A stretch of DNA of 64,000 bases, from contig NW_003314262.1 of assembly GCF_000143415.4 (NCBI RefSeq), positions 1,787,960-1,851,959 on the forward strand, written 5' to 3'. The notes under the pieces were generated by a model. It worked only from the letters and a program-made list of their open reading frames with translations, had not been told where the DNA came from and searched no databases. The translations under genes were made by a program, and so were the position numbers. Of the stretch, positions 1-9,600 are shown piece after piece. Position 1 is the first letter of the stretch; each line of letters opens with the position of its first letter. The stretch comes from Selaginella moellendorffii (taxonomy: Eukaryota; Plantae; Lycopodiophyta).

Positions 1-870
1 ATTTCAGAGTCACGGCGAAGGTACTGTATCGTTTTTGATCTGAACGGTGTCCTTTTCTCCCATGAGCGTGGCTCGTCCTCGAATGTCATTGCACCCTCCA
101 AAGCCTACGGTCGCAAGTTGGTCAAAAGAGACAGATTCACATTAATCACACGGGAGAAACTGCGGGATCTAATAATGACCATGCGACACTTAAAACAGAG
201 GGCCGGGTTCAATTTGCAATTGGGAGTTTGGACATCCATGATGCGCCACAATGCATTAACGTTGCTACAGATGATGCACGATCAGACGCGAGTAATATTA
301 CCATTTGACTTTCTCCTAACGCAGGAGGATTGCTTGACTATGGTCCATGTGAGGGGTAGCAAGCCCATCTTCGTCAAGCCAGAGGCTGTAGTGATGAACC
401 GGACTGCTAGCTCAAGTGAAATCCTCATCATCGATGACTCGCCGATTAAAACTGCAGCGAACACGCACACATATGCAGTGCACCCCATCTCTTGCAGTAT
501 GGAAACTAGGGAGAAGAAACCGTATGTTCTGGGGGACCTTGCAAAACGGCTTGGAGCGATGGTGATAGAGAACTAGCCAGTCCAGGAGGTGGCTGCAGAA
601 ATCAACCAAATGGCAGATGGAACGGTATATCAGAAGCCATTTGATCGGACAGACACCAGTCATCATTTATGGCATGTATATTGTCTAGCCAAGCACTATC
701 CGCATCTCCATAATCTGCTCAACCGGATGGGTTCTTCGACCACTGAACATGAGCGTGGACGTATTAGAGAAGAGATGGCATTACTATTGGGTTTAAATCC
801 TGATAGTGTGGAGAGTGATGAAATTCCAAGATTATTGTATAGGCGTTGGAGGCAAAAAATAACAGTCTGA
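1..870 (+). pseudogene. FCP1/NIF-homology (HAD-family) phosphatase-like ORF, 5'-truncated by the window, with one in-frame TAG at 574-576
   Basis: Frame 1 is open from base 1: CIVFDLNGVL (HAD motif I variant), GVWTSMM, LTQEDC, KPIFVK, ILIIDDSPIK (motif IV). ORF 589-870 continues in the same frame after TAG 574-576. Confidence 0.6.
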
Positions 871-1309
871 GATGGCATGTATTTATTTAAAAATGTAACT
901 TATTATGGCATGGGGTTCCATGCCATTGTATTAATATTAAAAGACAATTCTTTGAGAGGATTTGCATTATACTAGAAGTGTTACAGCATGTTATTGGAAG
1001 TCTACGAAGTTGTTTTATTAATAATGGGAAAGTAAAGATTGAATGGGGACTTGGGCTCCACCTAGACTCGGAGCAACTGAGCCAATATTAAAAGGATGGA
1101 AAGAAATTGGACGACGATGACAAGGAGAAGAGAGAGGTGAAGCAGTGGCAGGGGGAGGAGAAGTGATTGAGTAGACATTTCCTTGTTTAAAATAAAATGG
1201 CATGTGCCTCAATGCAGTTGAATTTTGTTATATTTATATACTATATAAAGGTTTGGAAACTTTATTTTACAAGTGGGATAATGACAATTCCCACTTTAAC
1301 GAAATAGAG

Positions 1310-1558
1310 CTTAATATAAACAATTTATCCCCCATAAGGGTATGTCTAACTTCTTTATCCTAATAAAAAGTCTTTGGTAGTTACCTTCTACCAGTTTAAT
1401 CAATTATTTTGCACCTTTTGCTTAATTGCCTTATAGTTGTCAAGTTTTACAACTCATTATTGGTGCTTCCACACCTCATCATTATTTAGGACACCACACT
1501 CCAACCACATGCCTTCCAACTTAGACCATACAATTCCCCTTTCCATTAGGATTCCATT
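1310..1558 (-). mobile_element. Fragment of the internal domain of the large LTR family, minus orientation (probably belongs to element D)
   Basis: Reverse complement aligns by eye to ~9340-9585 of element B. Confidence 0.7.
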
Positions 1559-1561
1559 GGG

Positions 1562-1925
1562 GTTGGAGTCCGAAGTGGAGTCTGAGATGGACCCGAGTTG
1601 GAGTCCGAAGTGGAGTCCGAGAAGGACCCGAGATGGAGTCTGAGATGGACCTGAGATGGAGTCCGAGATGGACCCCAGATGGACCCGAGATGGAGTCCGA
1701 GATGGAGTCTGAGATGGACCCGAGATGGAACTGAGATGGAGTCCAAGATGGAGTCCGAGATGGAGTTTGAGATGGAGTCTAAGATGGACCCGAGATGGAG
1801 TCTAAGATGTAACCGGGACTAAGACCGAGACCGAGACTGAGACCGAGACCGAGACCTAGATCGAGACCAAGACCGAGTCCGAGTCTGAAACCGGGACCGA
1901 GACCGAGTCCGAGTCCGAGTCTGAA
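1562..1925 (+). repeat. LTR minisatellite: 12/11-bp units GAGATGGAGTCC / GAGATGGACCC followed by GAGACC/GAGTCC hexamers. Also at ~6890-7200, ~12565-13020, ~14540-14815, ~23400-23735 (minus) and ~63245-63605
   Basis: Directly visible tandem units; they generate the low-complexity MESE/SPR/LGLHL ORFs. Confidence 0.9.
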
Positions 1926-2950
1926 TACTAATACAGGCAGTTGGGTGAAAGCCCAAAGCGATCGTCCCCCGGGGGGGGGGGGCTGCGGGGGGTTCCAAAA
2001 GTATAGTAGGGAGAGTGTGGGGGTTGGAGCCCAGTGGAGCCAGTTTGGCCAGAAAGGGCCAGTTTGGCCTAAGAAGGCCATACCCAGTGTTGGGTGATAA
2101 GCTGACCACTGGGAAGTCCAAGACTAGAGTGAATACAGACCGACAAGCGGGGTAGCTTGGTGAAGTATTCAAGAGCCGGCTCTAGTTCCCCTGGGAGATC
2201 GACTGGCCGATGCTCTCAGTCCAAGTATGGGTGGCACTACCTACTTGAATACCTGGCGTGGCTCAACAGAACCTCACTTTAAGCCCATGGCTAGAGCACC
2301 TAAAGGCGAAAGGTAGGGAGAGTACCCATGCAGCTTGCGTAAGGCCACGGTGTTCCGAAATGTTGTCCCAAAGTCCCAAACAGTGAAAGGGAAGAGGAGT
2401 CCTCCTCTAGTGCAGTGACCAAGGATACGGTCACATGGTGAGGAAGTCCTAAAGGATAGTGGGACTTAGAGGTCGGGCTTGCGGGCCTTGATCTAATGGC
2501 AGTGTTGGCGAATATGGCCATGGACAAAAAAGGGCTTGGTGGGGACTGGAAAAGAGTTGTCAGGGAAGGTTATTCCCCATGTCTGCAGGCATCCTAAGGA
2601 TGCTAAGGAGTAGATCTGGGATGATCACTCATGGACGGATGGCCCAATCTTTGAGAGACGGGACTATGATACAGGTGGCATTAGACCACCGGTGTGACCA
2701 AGGTGAATAGGCATGGCCTTAGCATAACGGGCCAATATGTCGGGGGTACCTTGGGGTGTCAGTCATGGGATCGGACACGTGGAGCACTTGGACCAAGTGC
2801 AAAGGTTGAGTGGCATGGATGCCATTCTTGGGGCTAGCATGCCCCAAGTCCTAACTGGGACTTATGGAGGTTGTGAATGAGACTCCTCCAAGTGGTCGGA
2901 AGTGCGGTTAAGTGACTAAAGAAAAATGGAAAAATTAGTCGCTTACAACT

Positions 2951-2961
2951 TGGTATCGGAG
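2951..2961 (+). promoter_or_regulatory. Primer-binding site (tRNA-iMet type) of element A
   Basis: TGGTATCGGAG 3 nt after the LTR end, versus consensus TGGTATCAGAGC. Confidence 0.8.
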
Positions 2962-3752
2962 TTGTTCCTTAGTCCGACTTTTATTAGTGCTCAAGTATAT
3001 CACCACTAGTGTTGGCATCGGAAGGTCCGAGGAGTGGGCCTATCCTTGAGGAGTAGCAAGTTGGGAAGACATGGCTCTCCATTACAGTTCATGTGTGAAC
3101 TTGTAGATAAGGTGGTGGATAGAAAAGGGCCAATAATGGAATGACTTTGGGATCTTGGGAACAATGCAAGGTTTTCCTCATTGAGTTGAGGAGGTGATCT
3201 AGATGAGCATTTGACTCAGAAAATTGGCTAATGTAGTTGTGGTAAACAACTATAGTTGGGATCACGGGGAAGATGCAGACTCGAAAACAATAAAGGAGTT
3301 ACAAAATTATCCTCATATAGTTGAGGCTGGTGCTCATAAATTTGAGATTGGAATTGATGACTGTGAGAGGTTAAATACAGAAGAGGACACAAGTCCTTGA
3401 AATGGTAGCCGGGGCTACCTCTAATAGATGCTGGAACAACCCAAGGAGTTGGGGGTGTACTTAGAGGATGAGTTGGTATTCTCATCACATAGACAAGTAG
3501 TTCTAAGGGGCAAAAGGTTGCCCCAGAGAACGAAATCGAGTGTTGGAATAACACTCATGATGGTGGTCCTGGTGAGTAGGACATGAATACAAGAAGTTGT
3601 ATTCTAATGAGTTGGCACCTCAAAAGTAAGACCTTATAGGTCAGGGGATTAGGAAAAGTCCAAAAAGCTGAATGACTTAAGTGGAGTCAAGGAATGATCC
3701 TAAAGGACTGATGGAAGTATTTGGACTGAGGTGTTTGGCAAGTATTGGTTTC

Positions 3753-3778
3753 ACCCTAAACCCTAAACCCTAAACCCT
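3753..3778 (+). repeat. Short interstitial plant telomeric repeat (CCCTAAA)3
   Basis: ACCCTAAACCCTAAACCCTAAACCCT. Confidence 0.85.
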
Positions 3779-5350
3779 CTATCTGAATTGGACAAAGTCC
3801 AAAAGGTATTTTGGCAAGGCTAATGATGGGCATAGAAAGGCCCATAAGTAATAACGGTAATCCCAATGGGTGGGATTACAAGGTGAGCAAACCTGGATTG
3901 AGGAACCACTCCTTAGGTTGTCGGGTAGGTTCATCCCTATGAATACTTGCCAAGGCATGGTAGAAAGTGCAAAGCTATCTTCCTAATTTGGAGGAGAATA
4001 ACCAAAGGAAATGTATGAGGCCAAAAGGCAAGTAGTAAAGGGATAGAACCAAACCCCAAAGGTGGTTATGCAAGTTGGGAGTGGAAAATCAAATGGGTGC
4101 TCAAGCATGTTGTTACTAGTGACTGGGATGCCATGGAGAGTCTAAAGCATAGGATTGTCCATGTTAGACTATATGGTAATTGGAAAACTTGCGAAAGGAG
4201 AGACCTTAGCAAGCTAAGGAACAGAGTTCCTTGAAAGTTCCCCTAGGTAGATAAGTATCTAGTCAGCCAAGTGTAAATGGTTCATAGAACGCGCGAAATC
4301 ATAGTGGCATAGCAGATGCATGGTTTTGAAGCTTGCCATGAAGGTTGAGGAAGTAATTCCCAAGTGTTCAAAGAAAGGGCTTTGAACGAAAGTCGATGGT
4401 TAAGGACTTTCACGCTTATGCATGAACCATGTTACAATGGCCAGATGACTTGCTAAGTGAGATTGGCAAGTTGGGGGAATGAATACCCTAGTTGAAGGAG
4501 CCAACTTCAAAGGGGTGGCCCGTGGGGCTGAGCATGGAGGAGTTCATGCATGATCACAAACTTGTCAAGTGAGAGGACTTGGTAGTGCGAAGGAACTAAG
4601 TTCCTAAGCTGTGATTTGTAGCGCGCTTTAAATATAAGTTGGTGTACCGGCGTGGGGAGTCATGCCAGGCATCCGGTGTGATGCTGTCCGTAGATGCATG
4701 CATATATGGAGGTTGGGTTTGAGTCCCGACCCTCTAGTGTTTGGGTTCGAGTCCCAATTCACTAGGGCGCGGTGATGGTTTGGAATATGAGGACACTCAT
4801 TTTTTGGTGGTCATGGACTCTTAGTAAAGAGACTAGCTTGGGCACACCGCCAAGCAGGGGATGCCCCGGAGTCATGATGCACGGTTAGATTGCTTAGTGT
4901 GAAAGCTTGGCATATCTAACTTGAAAACTTTGGTGCAAGTGGCACCAAAGACGTGGTGAATGAGATGGGGACACCCAGTCCTAGTTGCTATGGACCCTTG
5001 GCCGAATGGGCTGGCTTGGGTGCACCGCCAAGTGTGAGGGATGCCCTCGGGGTCATGGTCAACAACTTAAAGGTTTAGAAGACCTAGTACCTTTTAGCAA
5101 ACCTATTAAGGTGCCAAGGTTAGATCACTAAGTGATCTTGTGGCCAAAACAAGGACGAGGTCCTTGTGAGGTTAAGGGATAAAATTCCAAGTTCAAAGTG
5201 TTGATTGGAACTATTGATGATGGTATGGCTTGGTCAAGGTGACCATGTGAGAAGGACATATTAGGGAAATGAGATATATTAATGCGATGACATAGTGAGT
5301 CCGAGGAAAGTAGTCTTTATAATAGACTCATGGGAGGGTCACGAAGTTGG

Positions 5351-5942
5351 TGTAAGCAACCAAAGGGAACGACTCGAGAACGATCCATAGGGGTTCAAAT
5401 ATAGAGGGAAAGGGCCCATGAACAAGAGTGCACCCCCTTTTCCAATCGGTTAAGGGTCTTGGGATACTTGGGGTTAAGCGTCCTTGGGTTTGAATAGTAC
5501 TGGGTTGGGTGACCTCCCGGGAAGTCCAAACTCAGGAGCTTACATTTGGTATCATAGGGGTCTCGGGTCCGACTCTGTTGGTTGGCTAGGGGAATCGCAC
5601 CACATGTTGATTGACATCTGGCTGGTCCAGTTTGCTCCGCTGGGCTCGACCCGAGGGGTAGGGTGTCAAGAGAGCGGGGCTCTCGGGAGAGCTGCGGCTC
5701 TCAGCTTCCGTTCACGAGGGCGTGAACTTGCAGGGAAGCGTGGTAGATTGTAAGCAACCAAAGGGAACGACTCGAGAACGATCCATAGGGGTTCAAATAT
5801 AGAGGGAAAGGGCCCATGAACAAGAGTGCACCCCTTTTTCCAATCGGTTAAGGGTCTTGGGATACTTGGGGTTAAGCGTCCTTGGGTTTGAATAGTACTG
5901 GGTTGGGTGACCTCCCGAGAAGTCCAAACTCAGGAGTTTATA
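5351..5942 (+). mobile_element. Cassandra-type TRIM (592 bp): LTRs 5351-5544 and 5749-5942 (194 bp each), internal region 204 bp, TSD GTTGG
   Basis: Termini TGTAAG...CTTACA (3' LTR ends TTTATA). PBS TGGTATCATAG 5547-5557. GTTGG at 5346-5350 and 5943-5947; the empty site is visible in element B (~11395). Each LTR contains GTTAAGCGTCCTTGGGTTTGAATAGTACTGGGTTGGGTGACCTCCCG(G/A)GAAGTCC, matching plant 5S rRNA A-box/IE/C-box. Confidence 0.92.
5473..5527 (+). promoter_or_regulatory. 5S rRNA-derived Pol III internal promoter segment in the Cassandra LTR (second copy ~5871-5925)
   Basis: Collinear with plant 5S GTTAAGCGTGCTTGGGCGAGAGTAGTACTAGGATGGGTGACCTCCTGGGAAGTCC. Confidence 0.88.
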
Positions 5943-6188
5943 GTTGGGCCGTGGATAGAGCCCATAGCAGAAAATGCTAAAGAGACGTACTAGGGGTGAA
6001 TACCCTTCGGACTTGGCAAAGAAGAGTCTTTGCTATGGAACCGAAAGAATACCTCGAAAATGGAAGTAGCGATCCTATGTTGCTGAGTGCAACAATCAAG
6101 GATAGGAGCAAAAGACTAGTGGATAAGTAAAGAGCCATAGGAATCATGAGAAAGAATCCAAATGGCAAAGTTAGGCGAAGAAGACTAA

Positions 6189-6375
6189 GGTGTTGGGTGC
6201 TAACGGATTGTGGGAAAGGCAATGTGTTCCCAAGGATGGATTCCCAATTGCTCCAATGTGGCGAAAGTGGAAGCTCCAAGGGTGTTGGGTGCTAACGGAT
6301 TGTGGGAAAGGCAATGTGTTCCCAAGGATGGATTCCCAATTGCTCCAATGTGGCGAAAGTGGAAGCTCCAAGGGT
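6189..6375 (+). repeat. 92-bp tandem duplication inside element A
   Basis: Unit GGTGTTGGGTGCTAACGG...GGAAGCTCCAAG starts at 6189 and 6281; single copy in element B (~11640-11730). Confidence 0.85.
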
Positions 6376-6653
6376 GGGAGTGGTAAGGTAGCCAAATGAT
6401 AGGGACGTGGACAACCTTAGCACAAATTATGATAACTGGAACTTAGTGCCAAAGGTGGCATGAAATCAAAGAAAAGATGATGTTGCCCTCAAGTAGAGAA
6501 CTTCCTAGGATGGGGAAGTGGAATTGCACAATATGTGCAATGCAAGGTGTTGGAGACACCTAGGAAATTGACTTCGAGAAGTCAAAATTAAAAGTTCTAA
6601 AGTGCAAGGGTTATATCAATGGAAAGTGAGGCCACTCGAGAATGAGTAGTGGG

Positions 6654-9600
6654 TGTGAGACACAAAATCCCTAGGCCCCAAAGTGGAGCCGGAAAGGGTG
6701 CCACGTGGTAGTGGCCGAAGTGAAAGCCAAACGAGCATAACACGTTTGGACTAAAAGCTCTGACTTGGAAGGTCGAGAGCGGGAGTGGAACTCCCAACAA
6801 AGTGCTCGAGGAGCAAGCACGAGGCAACCAATAAGCAAGGCTCCAAAAAGGGACCCAAAAAGGACCAACACATAACACGTGGAAGTGTCCGAGATGGAGT
6901 CCGAGATGGACCCAAAGTGGAGTCCGATATGGAGTCTGATATGGAGTCTGAGATGGAGTCCGAGATGGACCCGAGATGGAGTCCGAGATGGACCCGAGAT
7001 GGAGTCCGAGATGGAGTCCGAGATGGACCCAAGATGGAGTCTGAGATGGAGTCCGAGATTGAACCGAGACCGAGACCGAGATGGAGTCCTAGTCCGAAAT
7101 CGGGACTGAGACCGAGACCGAGACCGAGTCCGAGTCCGAGTTCGAGCCCGAGTCCGAGTTCGAGCCCGAGTCTGAGTTCGAGCCTGAGTCCGAGTCCGAA
7201 TACTAATACAGGCAGTTGGGTGAAAGCCCAAAGTGATCGCCCCCCAGGGGGGGGGGGCTGCGGGGGGTTCCAAAAGTATAGTAGGGAGAGTGTGGTAGGG
7301 GTTGGAGCCCAATGGAGCCAGTTTGGCTAGAAAAGGCCAGTTTGGCCCAGGAAGGCCAGACCCAGTGTTGGGTGATGAGCTGACCACTGGAAAGTCCAAG
7401 ACTAGAGTGAACACGGACCGACAAGCAGGGTAGCTTGGTGAAGTGTTCAAGAGCCGGCTCTAGTTCCCCCGGGAGATCGACTAGCCGATGCTCCCAGTCC
7501 AAGTGTGGGTGGCACTACCTACTTGGATACCAGGCGTGGCTCAATGGAACCTCGCTCTAAGCCCATGGCTAGAGCACCCAATAGCAGAAGGCGGGGAGAG
7601 TACCCAGGTGGCTCGCGTAAGGCCACGGTGTTTCGAAATGTTGTCCCAAAGGCCAGACTGTGGAAAGGAAGAGGAGCAGTCCTCTGGGGTAGTGACCAAG
7701 GACACAGTCGTGTGGTGAGGAAGTCCCGGAGGGCCGTGGGACTTAGTGGTCGGGCCTGTGGGTCTCAATCCAGTGGCAGTGTTGGCAAACACGGCCAGGG
7801 GCAAAAAGGGAATTAGTAGGGACTGACAGAGGGATATTGGGGAAGGCTATTCCCCTTGTCGGTGGGCATCCTAAGGATGCTAAGGAGTGGATCTGAGATG
7901 ACCACTTACGGATGGTTTGCCTAGTCTTGGAGAGCCAAGACTGTGATACAAGTGGTATTGGACTACCAATGTGGCAAAGGTGATTGGGCATGGCCTTAGC
8001 GTAATAGGCTGCCATGGCTGTGGTACTTTTGAGTGTCGGTCATGGGATCGGACACGTGGAGCACTTGGACCAAGTGCAAATGTTGAGAGGCATGGATGCC
8101 ATTCTCGGGGCTAGGAAGTCCCAAGTCCTGAAATGGACTTATGGAGGTTGTGATTGAGACTCCTCCAAGTGGTCGGAGGTGTGGTTAAGTGACTAAAGTA
8201 GAATGGAAAATTTAGTCACTTACAATTTGGTATCCGAGCTGTTCCTTAGTCCGACTCTTATTGGTGCTCAAGTATATCACCATTGATATTGGCATTGGAA
8301 GGTCCTAGGAGTGGGCTTATCCTTGAGGAGTAGCATGCCGAGAGGACATGGCTCTCCACTCAAGTTCATGCGTGACTTGGGCGCGATGTGGTGGATAGAA
8401 AAGGGGCCAGTAAGGGAACGACTTTGGGATCTTCGGAACAGTATATGGTTTTCCTCAGAGAGTTGAGGATGTGATCCAGATGAGCGTTTGGCTCAATAAA
8501 TGGCCAATGTAGTTGTGGTAAACAACTAAAGTTGGGATCACAGGAAAGATAAAGACTCCAAAGCAATAAGGGAGTCACAAGATTATCCTCATATAGTTGA
8601 GGTTGGTGCTCATGAATGTGAGACCAGAAGTAATGACTGTGGGAGGTCAAATACGGAAGAGGACTCAAGTCCTTGAAATGGTAGCCGGGGCTACCTTTAA
8701 TAAATGCTGGAACAACCCAAGGAGTTGGGGGGTGTACTTAGAGATGAGTTGGTATTCTCATCACATGGACAAGTAGTCCTAAGGGGCAGAGGTTGCCCCA
8801 GAGAACAAAAACAAGTGTCAGAGTAACACTTGTGAAAATAGTCCTTCTGAGTAGGACAGGAATGTAGGAAATGTATTCCAGTGAGCTAGTGCCTCACAAG
8901 TGGGACCTTACAGGTCTGTGGATTAACCAAGTCCAAAACTACTGGATGACTCAAGTAGAGTTAGGGAATGGTCCTAAAAGGACTAATGGAAGCATTTGGA
9001 CTGAGGTGTGTTGTACCCCACGAAGGATGGGGGGGATCATAGGATCCAAGGATGAGAACAAAGGGTATCTCATCGATGGCAAAATGTGCCATGCTAAAGT
9101 CGTGAGAAAGGTGTTCCCAAAAAAGAAAAAACTTTGACACAAAGTTGTGTATGACCTCTATGGTGCAGTGCTAACAGATGGTTGGCATGAGAAGAGCAGT
9201 ATTGGTCTTGGCAAAGACTTAGACACAAAGAAGAAGTGTCATAAAGGTAGGCTCATGAAGCCGATGGTGTGGAGACACCAAATGTGCCAAGGTGTGATAC
9301 CTTGAGGCTATGTTGGTGGGTTCATGAGAACCCCTTGCCATAGGAATCCCAATGGAAATGGGAATGGCATATCCTAAGTGGCAGAGCATGCAGTTGGAGT
9401 GTGGTGACCTAGATAATGATGGAGGTGTGGAAGCACCAGCAATGAGTTGTAGGACTTGACAACTATGAGGCAACTAAGCAAGAGGTGCAAAATAATTGGT
9501 TAAACGGGTAGAAGGTAACTACCCAAGCCTTCTTAATGGCATAGGGAAGTTGGATGTACCTTTATGAGGGATAAGTTGCTTATGTTGCGATATAGTAAGT

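Noticed and set aside
1562-1925. CRISPR-like appearance of regular short repeats
   Set aside because: Contiguous tandem units without unique spacers, no cas genes, eukaryotic LTR context.
5473-5527. Functional 5S rRNA gene
   Set aside because: Only ~55 bp of the internal promoter region is present, embedded in TRIM LTRs.
6671-7450. Long ORFs (up to 259 aa) rich in SR/RT/MESE/LGLHL in the LTRs, also at 12266-13128 and 63108-63750
   Set aside because: By-products of stop-poor minisatellite units; frames differ between copies.
8366-8668. Chromodomain relic on the minus strand of element B
   Set aside because: The position fits, but the similarity is too weak to call by eye.
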